NCBI GenBank assembly: GCA_046758445.1 | Contig: JBHIAE010000004.1 | Location: 32,001-96,000 of the forward strand | Source of the DNA: Candidatus Thorarchaeota archaeon | GTDB lineage: Archaea > Asgardarchaeota > Thorarchaeia > Thorarchaeales > Thorarchaeaceae | Length of the DNA: 64,000 nt | Direction: 5' to 3' | Part shown: positions 10,249-20,634 of the stretch, one piece after another | Position numbering within the stretch: the first letter of the stretch is position 1 | Layout of the letters: each line of letters opens with the position of its first letter | The notes under the pieces: model-generated | What the model saw: only the letters and a program-made list of their open reading frames with translations | What the model was told of the DNA's origin: nothing | Database searches by the model: none | Made by a program: the position numbers and the translations under genes

Positions 10249-11277
10249 ATGGACCCCCTCCTGTTAGGAGCCCTGCTCATCATCAGTTTTCTAGTTGCCT
10301 TTGCAATAGGGAGCAATGATGAGGCCATGGCTCCTGCTGTTGGGGCGCAGGTGTTCACAGTGCGGGCTGCTGTAGCCATAGGAGCCTTGATCACAGTATT
10401 TGGAGCGGTGTCCATGGGGGGCAATGTATCTGAAAAGGTGGGGTCAGACCTAGTAGGAGGAATGACACTCACCACTGGAATGGTATTTGCCATCCTAATC
10501 TCAATGGCTATGTGGCTACTGATTGCATCAGCGACAAAAGGTCTGCCAATTAGCACAACTCAATGTATCGTGGGTTCAGTGATTGGTGTCGCAATATTCG
10601 CTCCAGTCGCGGGCTATTCCGATTGGGGGTTACAAACAATTGACTGGCTTGTAGTCCTTGAGGTCTTTGCAGGTTGGATCATCTCTCCAGTGATTGGATT
10701 CTTAATTGCCGCCGCTGTCTTCGCATTCGTAAGACGCATTCAGAAGAGAGCACAAGGGTTCACAGCTCTTGAGAGGCAGGAGAGAATCGCATCCTACGGG
10801 CTTGCCGTCTTTCTCATTATCACGTCACTTGCCAGGGGAGGGAATGATGTCGCCAATGCGATAGCACCCTTGATAGTGCTGCCAGAGTTTGCAGGGACAT
10901 TTGACGTGGCAATCGCCGTCGTGCCAGCGATAATCATCCCATTACTGGTTGGTGGAATCGGTATGGCAATTGGCCTCATAGTGATTGGTCGGAAAGTAAT
11001 CAGGACTCTAGCTACAGAAGTAGTGACTCTATCTCCATCATCGGCACTCTCGGCAAGTGTATCAGTAGCCCTTGTGATGTTTGTGGGTACGCTTCTAGGA
11101 CTGCCCTTGAGTGGAACACATGTACTAGTGGCAGCGTTGATTGCAGTCGGTTGGGTGTCAGAAACACCAGTTCAGATGACGCAAGTGAAAGAAATCCTGA
11201 TTTCCTGGGTAGTCACTGTTCCCATATCAGCTCTGTTTGGAGTGGCTGTGCTTTGGATTCTTCAGGGTCTAGTCTGA
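10249..11277 (+). CDS. pit: Inorganic phosphate transporter, PiT family
   Basis: Signature motifs GSND.A, GLPISTTQ, GGNDVANAIAP, GLPLSGTH. Confidence 0.93.
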   Translation: MDPLLLGALLIISFLVAFAIGSNDEAMAPAVGAQVFTVRAAVAIGALITVFGAVSMGGNVSEKVGSDLVGGMTLTTGMVFAILISMAMWLLIASATKGLPISTTQCIVGSVIGVAIFAPVAGYSDWGLQTIDWLVVLEVFAGWIISPVIGFLIAAAVFAFVRRIQKRAQGFTALERQERIASYGLAVFLIITSLARGGNDVANAIAPLIVLPEFAGTFDVAIAVVPAIIIPLLVGGIGMAIGLIVIGRKVIRTLATEVVTLSPSSALSASVSVALVMFVGTLLGLPLSGTHVLVAALIAVGWVSETPVQMTQVKEILISWVVTVPISALFGVAVLWILQGLV

Positions 11278-11344
11278 GTTTGGCTAGGGCGAGAATCCTG
11301 TGAAGCGCGAATCTCATCAGAACGCTCATGAGCTCTTAGTGACC

Positions 11345-12097
11345 CTACCGATCGACTTGTGGAATCCTATGAATCAGGATATACTCCTTGGCCAGTTGTC
11401 CGATTTGCCTAGCCTCATCCTTGGAAAGATGGACCCTTCGCTCTGATTGAGGGGTTTCTTTTCTGGTGGCCTCTATGATAGCAAGGTCTGTGCCGCGTGC
11501 CACAGTTTCGGCACCAAGGCAAGGTCTTGTGTCACCGGTGTAACCAATTATGGTGTCCCCAACGCGTACCCTATAACCCAGAGCTGGCATGAATACATCT
11601 CCTTCTGCAGCATTCTCCATGCCGTAATGCTCTACTCGGATTCCTTTCACCTTGAAGAAATCGGTGTCGAATTCTGAATCTGGTTTCAGCTCATGATACC
11701 AGAAACTGAAAGGAAGAGTGTCGCTGTAGGCCTTCCTAAAACCTCTGATTGCATCTATTGCCTCTTTGCAGCCCTCTGGTAGGAGAATGTGCAACTGTTC
11801 TGTCCTCTTCATCATGCGTAAAAAGCCGAGGAGCGAATGAATTCCACCCATGTGATCAAAATGACCGTGAGTGATTGATACTAGGTCAAGATCATGCACG
11901 AGTTGAGTACCGCCCCATTCAAGCAGATCCCTGAGCGCACCATCACCCACATCCAACAGCATAATCTTGCCAGTGAATCTAGAGGTGAGAATGATGGTAG
12001 TGCCTACGCCCGCTGCACTGAAGGGTATATGGACCTCAACCTCATCATTCTCCCAATGGAAGGGTCCTTGTTCAGATTCTTGATTCATTTGAATCAC
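11345..12097 (-). CDS. MBL-fold hydrolase (RNase Z-like)
   Basis: THGHFDHMGG, YTGDT, EAT and late H motifs. Confidence 0.82.
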   Translation of the reverse strand: MIQMNQESEQGPFHWENDEVEVHIPFSAAGVGTTIILTSRFTGKIMLLDVGDGALRDLLEWGGTQLVHDLDLVSITHGHFDHMGGIHSLLGFLRMMKRTEQLHILLPEGCKEAIDAIRGFRKAYSDTLPFSFWYHELKPDSEFDTDFFKVKGIRVEHYGMENAAEGDVFMPALGYRVRVGDTIIGYTGDTRPCLGAETVARGTDLAIIEATRKETPQSERRVHLSKDEARQIGQLAKEYILIHRIPQVDR

Positions 12098-12177
12098 ATG
12101 CGTCTTGAAGTTCGAGAGTGCGGTGAGGTTCCTCGTGGAGGAATCTTGGGCGACTCCTCCATACTGGAACCGATAGA

Positions 12178-13401
12178 CTAGGATTGGTCATAGCCTAGCT
12201 TTGGAACTCGCGCAAGCCAGTTCAGGAAGTAACCTATGATAACTGAGATCACGAGGCCGCCTGATGCAAGGAGAAGCGTGTCAAAGAGCGTTGGAGTAGC
12301 CCCACTCAGAATCTGCATCCAGCTCCAGTAGAATCCTGCCAGAGTCATTCCTGAGAAAGCCACCTTCTTCAGCGGCACCTTGACGCGCTTGGTCTGGAAG
12401 ACGTCCATATCTGTCAGTGCGGCGGCCAGTGCGCCACCTTTGTCAGGCTTGAGTTTGAGGCGCTTCGAGAAGACGCCAACTGTCACCTTGCTCTTTGGCT
12501 TGACCACTTTCAATGCTTTTGGAGCGTAATCCGCAATGTCATCCGAGAAGTATCGCACAGCGCTTGGTACATCAATGCCACACTTCTGACACTCCACTGC
12601 GTTCTTCTTCCACTTCTTTCCACACTGTGGACACCTCTTGTGATCCCATGCGCTCCCAGCAGCCTCACTGACACGTTTCACGACCTCCTCTTTGCCTACC
12701 TTTTCAGCTTGTTTCTTTGGACTTCTCCTTAGCACGACCGCTGGTGGGAAGATCCCCACGTCTGAGGCGCTCTTTGCTCCTCGAAGCTTGCGTGCAGCAA
12801 ATATCCCCCCTTGGAAATCATCAAGTGCCATAATGAGGGAGAAGACAGCCATTATCGTGAACGTTAGTGTAAGGAGCCCGTTCAGTGAGAGTATTGCTCC
12901 GAAGCCCGTGGCTCCAAGTTGCATAATGAAATCCTGATTGAGTGCGGTATAGTTGCCTGGGTCCGCATCAAGCGTGTAGTTGAGCCCGAAGGATCCAAGC
13001 AACGTGCCTGACAAGAGATCAATTCCGCCATAGGTTAGTGAGGCCAGGGGGACTGACGCATTCATTAGACTCGCTGTGTATCCTGACGGCACAGATGCAC
13101 CTATTGAGAACGGTTGGTTGATGATTGGGACTCCGAGGTAGGTCATCATGAGGATTCCCGAGTGAAGTGTCATGTTCGCAGCCACATCTATTGTGATCTC
13201 AATGGTCATGCCTTCTGTCAGGTTTACTGGAATCTGGTTCGTTTCACTCGAGTCTGCAGCAGAAATACCATTCACTTCAAGTAGAAAGGACAGATTCCCA
13301 TCATCCGTCCATGTCTGTGCCTGCACCGGTAACATCAGTGGCGCACACAGAGTGTACGCTAGAAACAGCAAGAGCGCAATCTGTGGTAGCGTCTTCTTCA
13401 T
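12178..13401 (-). CDS. Membrane protein: signal peptide, extracellular domain, TM, Lys-rich zinc-ribbon region, two C-terminal TMs
   Basis: Signal peptide; CPQC...CQKC; hydrophobicity pattern. Confidence 0.7.
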   Translation of the reverse strand: MKKTLPQIALLLFLAYTLCAPLMLPVQAQTWTDDGNLSFLLEVNGISAADSSETNQIPVNLTEGMTIEITIDVAANMTLHSGILMMTYLGVPIINQPFSIGASVPSGYTASLMNASVPLASLTYGGIDLLSGTLLGSFGLNYTLDADPGNYTALNQDFIMQLGATGFGAILSLNGLLTLTFTIMAVFSLIMALDDFQGGIFAARKLRGAKSASDVGIFPPAVVLRRSPKKQAEKVGKEEVVKRVSEAAGSAWDHKRCPQCGKKWKKNAVECQKCGIDVPSAVRYFSDDIADYAPKALKVVKPKSKVTVGVFSKRLKLKPDKGGALAAALTDMDVFQTKRVKVPLKKVAFSGMTLAGFYWSWMQILSGATPTLFDTLLLASGGLVISVIIGYFLNWLARVPKLGYDQS

Positions 13402-13504
13402 TCAAGACTATCCTCCTATTGCCAAAGCATCGAAACGTGCTAAGTCTGCGTCACTTTAATGATTATCGAGTCTGTAATAGAGGGCGGGCATGACATGTCC
13501 ATTC

Positions 13505-13882
13505 TCAGTACTTGCTCTTGAATGCGTCTTCTATCTCCCTATCAAACTCCTCGTCGTCATCAAGCTCGAAAACTACGCGACGCTTTGGTGGAGGAGGCGG
13601 CGGCATCTCCCAGTGCAAGGCTGCACCCAGCGCAATCCCACCAAAGGTGGAGAAGATACTAAGCATGACCTCGAAAGTCCCAACATCTGTAAAGAATCCA
13701 GACCCTGCATAGGCAAAGGCGATGATGGCCCCTCCAAAGAGTCCAAAGACGATGCTTAGCATTGCACGATCCCGAACTCTGAAACTCTTGTACCCTCCCA
13801 AAGAGTAGCCGATAACGAACCCAATCAGTAGACCGGGAAGACCCCAGATGAGTGCATCAAAGGGTGTGATGGCCTGCAGCAA
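13505..13882 (-). CDS. Small 3-TM membrane protein with polyproline and acidic C-terminal tail
   Basis: Three Gly-rich hydrophobic segments, then MPPPPPPKRR and ELDDDEEFDREIEDAF. Confidence 0.7.
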   Translation of the reverse strand: MLQAITPFDALIWGLPGLLIGFVIGYSLGGYKSFRVRDRAMLSIVFGLFGGAIIAFAYAGSGFFTDVGTFEVMLSIFSTFGGIALGAALHWEMPPPPPPKRRVVFELDDDEEFDREIEDAFKSKY

Positions 13883-13999
13883 GACTCAATCCACTCGATG
13901 GATGAATATGAAGTCAGCTCACATAATACTTACCATTTCAGATTTGGCCATCAAAACAGTTTTACTCTGCGAGAAGTAGCTGCGATAAGGTGCATTTCG

Positions 14000-14560
14000 T
14001 TGAGCGCGAGGACCGAGCTAATCCTTGGGGAGATATTAAGGCGTAGAAGTGGCCGGGCGTATTCGGATGAGCCAGTACCTGATGATATGTTAGAGTCAAT
14101 CCTAGAGGCAGGCCGTAGAGCACCATCCTGTGGCAACACTCAAGCATGGAACTTCATTGTCTTGAAGGACAGAAACGTCTTGGAAACTGCACACGAAGCC
14201 TTGAGCCGAGGTAACTCATGGTGTAAGAGAGCTCCAATCATGCTCATCGTCGCTGCAAGAGAGGACGGTGGATGTTCTTCACATGGACTACCCTATTTCA
14301 TGATGGACATCGGTCTCACTACTGAGAACATCCTTCTTCAGGCGTTTCATCTCGGACTGATGGCTCATCCCACTGCAGGCTGGAGTGAAAAGAAGCTGAA
14401 GGAGATAACGGGAATTCCTGAGGAGTATCGGATTGGAACTGTGATCTTCATTGGATATGAAGGAAACATAGAAGAGCTAAATGAAAGAAACCGTGAGAAG
14501 GAGAAGACTCCCTCTACTAGAAGACCACTCTCTGAGATTGTACACTGGGACAGATGGTAA
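14000..14560 (+). CDS. Nitroreductase family protein
   Basis: RRSGRAY, APSCGNTQAWNF, MDIG...ENI.LQA..LGL; TTG start at 14000 with AGGTG upstream. Confidence 0.9.
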   Translation: MSARTELILGEILRRRSGRAYSDEPVPDDMLESILEAGRRAPSCGNTQAWNFIVLKDRNVLETAHEALSRGNSWCKRAPIMLIVAAREDGGCSSHGLPYFMMDIGLTTENILLQAFHLGLMAHPTAGWSEKKLKEITGIPEEYRIGTVIFIGYEGNIEELNERNREKEKTPSTRRPLSEIVHWDRW

Positions 14561-14561
14561 T

Positions 14562-14729
14562 CTACGGCTTGTACTCCATGTATTCTCCACAGTGCTCCGG
14601 CACCGATTGACTACCACAAGTTGCACCCATCCAACAGACTAGTTGGTCTCCCTCTTGGTGCATTTCCTTGCCGCAATGTATGGGAACGGCGATCTTCTCG
14701 CCGCACTTGGGACAGACTAGGCTTGCCAC
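14562..14729 (-). CDS. 55-aa Cys/His-rich metal-binding protein (tandem zinc-ribbon/desulforedoxin-like units)
   Basis: Not in the ORF track. GGAGG RBS, GTG start; MASLVCPKCGEKIAVPIHCGKEMHQEGDQLVCWMGATCGSQSVPEHCGEYMEYKP. Confidence 0.75.
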   Translation of the reverse strand: MASLVCPKCGEKIAVPIHCGKEMHQEGDQLVCWMGATCGSQSVPEHCGEYMEYKP

Positions 14730-14829
14730 TACATTGTTCCTCCATGAGACTACTAAAAGGCTCGATCGTCTAAGCCTCTTAACTATCGTGAACGGTTTTG
14801 CTGCTATAAAGCTTTGCCTGAGGCCTCAG

Positions 14830-16095
14830 TCATTTGGACTTCGGATAGTACTTCTTCGGGTCCTCGCTGAATACTTTCTCGGCTGTCTTGTGAGCACCAG
14901 GGGTGTCAAGCTCAATGTCCCGCTTCAATGACCGGTCTTCTTCTAGGACCTCCTTGAATACTTCATTCTGAATTATGAGCCTTTGAACTTCGTTGCTCCC
15001 AGTCCATATCGTCGCGAGCCTTGCATCTCGAAAGAGCCGCTCGATTGGATAGACATCCGTGTACCCAATTCCGCCAAGAATCTGCATAGACTCATGGACT
15101 GCATTATAACCCGCCTCGGTGCAAAATGCCTTGGCCATGGAAACCTCCTTCCTACACCAAGCGCCTGTGTCTGCAACCTTTGCAGCCCGGTACGCAAGAC
15201 CTCGGGCCGCATCGAGCTCCATTGTACAATCGGCGACTTTGAAACTAATCCCCTCAAACCTTCTGATTTGTCGACCAAAAGCTTCTCTCTTGTTTGCATA
15301 TCGAATAGCGATCTCAAGGGCGGCTCTTCCCATACCTATGCAACCCGCAGCAGACGTCAGTCGTTCTGGAACCATCATCGCATTGAAGACATCATTTCCG
15401 CTGTTGAGCTCACCCAGAAGATTGTCCTCAGGAATCTCTACATCCTCCATGACGATCCTCGCGGCACCCATCCCTCTACATCCTAATAGTTCATACTCTT
15501 CCTCGACGCGGACTCCGTGGTTCCGGTCCACGAGAAACGCGCTGAGAGACTCGTGAGGCTTGGCTTCGAGGGCAGTCTTTGCATAGATTAGGAAGTAGTC
15601 AGCACCCACTCCTCCCGCAACAAAGCGCTTCTCACCATTGATGACGAACTTATCCTTCTCTCGAACTGCAGTGGTTATGGTTCCAAAGAAGTCTGATCCA
15701 CTTCGCGGTTCAGTCAGTCCCTCGCCTCCGATTCTGTCACCTTTTAGTGTTGGAAGAAGATAGCCGCGTTTCTGTTCCTCAGTGCCGAACTTGTCGATTC
15801 CTTCTCCAATGATACTGGGGAGCGAATACGCGCAGCCGAGTGAGATTCCCAGAACGCCTATCTCTTCGATTGCGGCCATCTCAGATACCCACCCAAGACC
15901 ACGTCCGCCGTACTCCTTCGGGAATCTTAGGCCAAGAATATTCTCCTTCCCAGCCGCCTTGACGAACTCGTATGGATACTCCTTTTCCCTCGAGTCCATC
16001 TTCAGGATAAGGTCACGATCCACCTTGTCACGGACAAACGCTCGAACTTCGTCACGAACCTTCCTCTCTTTGTCGCTCAATAATACATCAAACAC
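14830..16095 (-). CDS. Acyl-CoA dehydrogenase
   Basis: GLTEPRSGSD, INGEKRFV, R.AFGRQI..FEGI.FK.AD, QILGGIGY, IWTGSNEVQR. Start is GTG 16095 or ATG 16128. Confidence 0.93.
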   Translation of the reverse strand: MFDVLLSDKERKVRDEVRAFVRDKVDRDLILKMDSREKEYPYEFVKAAGKENILGLRFPKEYGGRGLGWVSEMAAIEEIGVLGISLGCAYSLPSIIGEGIDKFGTEEQKRGYLLPTLKGDRIGGEGLTEPRSGSDFFGTITTAVREKDKFVINGEKRFVAGGVGADYFLIYAKTALEAKPHESLSAFLVDRNHGVRVEEEYELLGCRGMGAARIVMEDVEIPEDNLLGELNSGNDVFNAMMVPERLTSAAGCIGMGRAALEIAIRYANKREAFGRQIRRFEGISFKVADCTMELDAARGLAYRAAKVADTGAWCRKEVSMAKAFCTEAGYNAVHESMQILGGIGYTDVYPIERLFRDARLATIWTGSNEVQRLIIQNEVFKEVLEEDRSLKRDIELDTPGAHKTAEKVFSEDPKKYYPKSK

Positions 16096-16120
16096 GATCC
16101 TAACCTCACGACTTGTACCA

Positions 16121-16465
16121 CTATGCACCCCGCAATAAAGAGTCTAGGGTGTCACCGGATCCACCTTCTCTCTTGACATGAATGGCATCTGATGGACACA
16201 GTAGTTCGCAGACAAAGCAGAGTATGCAATCGACCTCGCGGGCTGGGTCCACAACCTCACCCCACTCATCAGTAGCCCAACGATTGAAGACGTCTGTAGG
16301 ACATGCCTCAACGCATTTCATGCAGCTGACGCAGGACTCCATGTGGACCCCGACAACGTCTCCGTGAATCGTGCCATCGGTTTCGCTGGACCCCCTCCAG
16401 ACGGGATGGGCTTCATGATGGGTCTGAACTGACCAGGTAGTTCTGAAGTCCCTGTCAATTGGCAC
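16121..16465 (-). CDS. 4Fe-4S dicluster ferredoxin
   Basis: CVSCMKCVEACP and CILCFVCELLCP. Confidence 0.88.
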   Translation of the reverse strand: MPIDRDFRTTWSVQTHHEAHPVWRGSSETDGTIHGDVVGVHMESCVSCMKCVEACPTDVFNRWATDEWGEVVDPAREVDCILCFVCELLCPSDAIHVKREGGSGDTLDSLLRGA

Positions 16466-16745
16466 GTCGCGTGAGGTAACGTCGCTTCTTATAGCACCTG
16501 TGCTCCTGCGGCTTCAAAGGCCTCTGCTACCGAGATGGTCCATCATTCTTCCGCTGGATCTGTGTTCTTTCGCCACTGAGCTCTTCCTAAACTGGAAGGT
16601 GTCGAACTATGCTCTGTCGGCGTACTGTTGCGGCTGTTCCTGAACCGATGGAATACCTTGAGTAGATAATCGATCTTCGTGTCTCATATGAATGACGTTG
16701 AAGCCTTGCTTCAATGAACAGGACGTCATCATTGTGAAAGGATTA

Positions 16746-17509
16746 GTGAGCAAGAGACTTGGTACCGTGACACCTCAGTTCGGAGTTGTCTTTCTACTGC
16801 TACTTCTGTCATTCGCCGCAGAACCCTGCAATGCGCAGAGGTGTGGTCGGACAACTTCGATGACGGTAATCACGATGGTTGGACAGCAAGTAGCTGCTCG
16901 GTCACTGCGGGTACTTTGCGAACAACGAGTGCCTCTGGATCTGCGTACCATGAGAGCACAGTCGCCGATGGCACATGGAGTTTTGATCTGGAGCACACAA
17001 ACTTGGCAGTAGGGGTATAGATTGGGGATGGCACGGTTACATTCTCCCAACGGTCTTCTTTGTGAGTACGCACCCTGAGGAAACGCCTTGGTACTTCTAC
17101 TGTGTTGTCGCCACTCAAGCATCAACGCAGACAGGATACAAGCCCGTTTTAGAGGCCCGCAAGAATGCTCCCGATGGAGCCGGAGCGTTCTACACTTGGG
17201 CCAAGATTGCCAGCTATGATGGTGAGGACGGTGACTTTGGTTGGAAACATGTCGACATAGCTCGAACGATAGGTGGGCAGATAACTGTCTGGATTAACGG
17301 CACTCTTGTCATTCAGGTGGTAGACACGGACATTGACACGTCGGAGTACTTCGTGTTCATGGCAGGAAATGATAGGGGGCATAGACAACGTGGTTGTGGA
17401 CAACGTGCCAATTGCAGCTGGAGTGCCTCTGGAGCTACTGGCGCTTGGAATCTGCGTGCCGGTCGTCATTGCCGGGACCGTAGTCTGGACTCGTAGAAGA
17501 GGTGCATAG
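16746..17509 (+). pseudogene. Frameshifted secreted beta-rich protein with C-terminal TM anchor (three frameshifts)
   Basis: Signal peptide (MSKRLG...EPCNA), then a -1 shift near 16836 (EVWSDNFDDGNHDGW...), a -1 shift in the G-run near 17012-17015 (IDWGWHG...), and a +1 shift in the G-run 17375-17379 (GIDNVVVD...LLALGICVPVVIAGTVVWTRRRGA-stop at 17509). Confidence 0.72.
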
Positions 17510-17711
17510 AACAGGTCATTTTCTGGCCTGGAGCAACAATCCACTACCACAGACTGCGGCAACTTGACACTATGTTGTTGTAACTCCCTAGCAATGCCCG
17601 GTCCTCAATCTACTACTGAGTCCTCACGACTTATATACACAACTACAGATAGGTTGCGGCACAACTTCGCGAAGAATACGCTTTTGCGGGTTGACACAGG
17701 AGGTTAACTTC

Positions 17712-19391
17712 GTGGAAAGAAACCAAACAATCGCGATAGTGGTGATTATCGTTATCATAGCGGGAGCAGCCGTTGGCTACTATATGTTTATGATCCCGCC
17801 AGAAGGCGGCCCTGTCGAGCAGGTTCTCATCATGGGAACAACTGACTCGGTGGAGTCTAGTCTCGATATCGCCCAATCGTATGACTACTTCGGTTGGGAG
17901 ATAATAGGATCTCTCAGTTCAGGATTAGTCGAAATACAACCCGGCTCTGAAGCAGGAGCCGATGACATAAACCCGGCTCTAGCCCTAAGTTGGGTACCGA
18001 GCTCGGGAGGAACAGTATGGGACTTCACCCTTAGAGAGGGTGTGTTATTCGAAGATGGTAGAGAGTTCAACGCCACCGATGTCGTATACACGTTCGAAAG
18101 GAACTGCAACCTCACTGGTGACGGTCTCTATGAAGGGGACGGACCTCAGCTCAACATGGGCTATGGTGACATCATCGACAACGTGACAGCCACAGGCGAG
18201 TTCACGGTTAGATTCGAACTCAACATCGCCTTTGCACCATTCCTTCAATTGATGGCTGCACAATCATCCTTCATGGTCGACAGAGTACATGCACCTAAGG
18301 CTACCCTAGTGGCCTACACTCAGGGTGAGAACCGCACAAGTCATCCTGGAGGCCTAGGTCCATTCCTCTTGGAAGAATGGTCCAGAATTGGCGGAACCGA
18401 TGAAAGGATAGTCTTGGTGAAGAACCCCGACTATTGGAATGCTGCTGCGGGACTGCCCAAGGCTGACAAGATCACTATCGTCATGTATGCGTCCGATACA
18501 GCATTGGCGTCAGCGATGACATCAGGTGAGATTGACATCGCATACAGGCAGCTCACTGCACCACAGATTGAGTCATTCAGAGCCAATCCGAATGTGCGTG
18601 TCTGGGATGGTATTGGTGCTCAGATCCAGTACATGTGCTTCCAGCAGGCCACATATCCCTACAACATAACTGGAGTCAGGCAGGCCATCACTGCTGCTCT
18701 AAACAGGAGTCGTGTAACAGAAACTGTCTTCCTTGGAACGTTCACCCCACTGTTCAGCATGATTCCAGCTGGAATGGCATACCACAAGCCGTCCTTCGAG
18801 GTACACGGGTCTGCAAACTACACGTTCACTCAGACCGAGCTTGCAAAATACGGGTACAACTCGACTAACAAGCTGGTCATTGAATTCTGGTATGAGAGCT
18901 CAGGGCACTACCCACAGAGTGCTGAACAGGCGCTTGTCTATGAGGAGGACTTGGAAGCGAGTGGAGTCATTCAGGTCAACCTGAATAATGCCGAATGGTC
19001 CTCATACAGAGACCACAGGAACGCGGGCGACATGGAAGTGTTCATCTACGGCTGGTATCCGGACTTCATAGATCCGGACAACTACGAGTTCTTGCCGTTT
19101 GCCTCGTGGCTCAACATGGGTTACAACGCGACCTACCCTGTGGGAGGCGGAGGCGAACAGCAAGCAGCCCTTTGGAACGATGGGCGCGCTGCTACTACAG
19201 ATGCTGCTAGGCAGGCTGCATACTATGCTTTGCAGGACCTGCAAGCCCAAGAGGCCTCTGTAGTTCCACTCTGGCAGAGTGCAACGACTGCGGTGACCAA
19301 GCCCACCGTCCATGGTGTTGTGCTAGACATCACTGTGACATGGCGCCACTGGCTCCTTTACCTCGGTGATGCAGCGACGACTGGTCCATAA
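17712..19391 (+). CDS. dppA: Peptide/oligopeptide ABC transporter substrate-binding protein (family 5)
   Basis: N-terminal membrane anchor; LALSW, FTLREGVLFEDG..FNA.DVVYTF, GWYPDFIDPD. Start is GTG 17712 or TTG 17691. Confidence 0.9.
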   Translation: MERNQTIAIVVIIVIIAGAAVGYYMFMIPPEGGPVEQVLIMGTTDSVESSLDIAQSYDYFGWEIIGSLSSGLVEIQPGSEAGADDINPALALSWVPSSGGTVWDFTLREGVLFEDGREFNATDVVYTFERNCNLTGDGLYEGDGPQLNMGYGDIIDNVTATGEFTVRFELNIAFAPFLQLMAAQSSFMVDRVHAPKATLVAYTQGENRTSHPGGLGPFLLEEWSRIGGTDERIVLVKNPDYWNAAAGLPKADKITIVMYASDTALASAMTSGEIDIAYRQLTAPQIESFRANPNVRVWDGIGAQIQYMCFQQATYPYNITGVRQAITAALNRSRVTETVFLGTFTPLFSMIPAGMAYHKPSFEVHGSANYTFTQTELAKYGYNSTNKLVIEFWYESSGHYPQSAEQALVYEEDLEASGVIQVNLNNAEWSSYRDHRNAGDMEVFIYGWYPDFIDPDNYEFLPFASWLNMGYNATYPVGGGGEQQAALWNDGRAATTDAARQAAYYALQDLQAQEASVVPLWQSATTAVTKPTVHGVVLDITVTWRHWLLYLGDAATTGP

Positions 19392-19405
19392 ACACATGAC
19401 TTGTT

Positions 19406-19446
19406 GAGAATGCAGGCTCAATGCCTGCTTCTCTCTCTTCTTTTTT
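19406..19446 (+). terminator. Hairpin plus T-rich tract after dppA
   Basis: GAGAA-T-GCAGGC-tcaat-GCCTGC-TTCTC followed by tctcttctttttt. Confidence 0.65.
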
Positions 19447-19611
19447 CAAGAATAGCTCATCTAGTGAGCTCCATTAACTTGCCCTCTTCATTTGGCGGAG
19501 CATATAGAGACCCTCACCACTGGGTGAGTACCGATTTCGAAGACCTTAAGTTGGCTTCACCAGCAGGCTCTTAGTACCGTCCTTCATGCCAAAGGACAAG
19601 AGGTGATCCGG

Positions 19612-20622
19612 ATGTCCCTGAGGTCCTACATTGTCACCCGTATACTGATGACGATTCCAATGATCATGCTTCTGCTCACATTCGTGTTTGTCATAATCCG
19701 TGTCATTCCAGGTGATCCAGCCCTTCTGCACTTCGAGAAGAATGTAGATCCTGCGGTCTTAGAAGCGTTTCGTACAAGGCTGGGACTGGACAAACCAATA
19801 CACGAACAGTTCATTGACTACCTAGTGGGACTGCCTCAAGGAGATTTCGGACTGTCAATGCAGGACTACAGCCCAATCAGCTCTCATATCGTTGCTAGGT
19901 TCCCAGCAACACTCGAGCTGACTATATACTCGATGCTCTTTGCTGTGCTTTTAGGAGTCGCCCTTGGGGTTCAAGCCTCAAAGAACTATGACACTATGAA
20001 GGACTACACGATCAGGACTTTCGGAATCGTGACCTATGCGATTCCAGTCTTCTTTCTGGGCATGATTCTCCAGTTCATCTTCTCAATATACCTCGGGATA
20101 CTGCCTACCGGGACCCGCTTCTCTCCACGGTATACGCCGCCAGATACGATAACTGGCCTCTATACTATTGACAGCATTCTCACGGGCAACTTCGAGGCGT
20201 TTATAATCTCGTTCAGATACTTGTTGTTGCCTGCAGTTACACTGGGTACAGTACTATGTGGCATCTTCATCCGACTGACGCGTACAAACATGCTTGAAAC
20301 TCTCAGGATGGACTTTGTTGTAGCGGCTAAGGCCCGAGGGCTGTCAGAAGGCACTGTAACATACAGCTACGCTCTCAAGAATGCGTTTCTTCCAGTCTTG
20401 ACTATGATCGGCCTACAATTCGCCGCCCTGTTGGCAGGAGCAATTCTTACAGAAACAACCTTCAGCTGGCCCGGACTTGGAACGTACCTTGTGCAGAGGA
20501 TTGCCCACCGTGACTATACGGCCATCCAAGGCACCGTGGTCTTCTTTGGGATTCTTGTCAGCTTGGTCACGCTGTTCGTTGACATACTGTATGCGTACCT
20601 AGACCCGCGCATAAGGCTCTAA
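19612..20622 (+). CDS. dppB: Peptide ABC transporter permease
   Basis: PGDPA, LGLDKP, GDFG.S, FPATLEL, ARGL, ET.FSWPGLG, YAYLDPRIR. Confidence 0.93.
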   Translation: MSLRSYIVTRILMTIPMIMLLLTFVFVIIRVIPGDPALLHFEKNVDPAVLEAFRTRLGLDKPIHEQFIDYLVGLPQGDFGLSMQDYSPISSHIVARFPATLELTIYSMLFAVLLGVALGVQASKNYDTMKDYTIRTFGIVTYAIPVFFLGMILQFIFSIYLGILPTGTRFSPRYTPPDTITGLYTIDSILTGNFEAFIISFRYLLLPAVTLGTVLCGIFIRLTRTNMLETLRMDFVVAAKARGLSEGTVTYSYALKNAFLPVLTMIGLQFAALLAGAILTETTFSWPGLGTYLVQRIAHRDYTAIQGTVVFFGILVSLVTLFVDILYAYLDPRIRL

Positions 20623-20634
20623 GGAGGACTTGCT

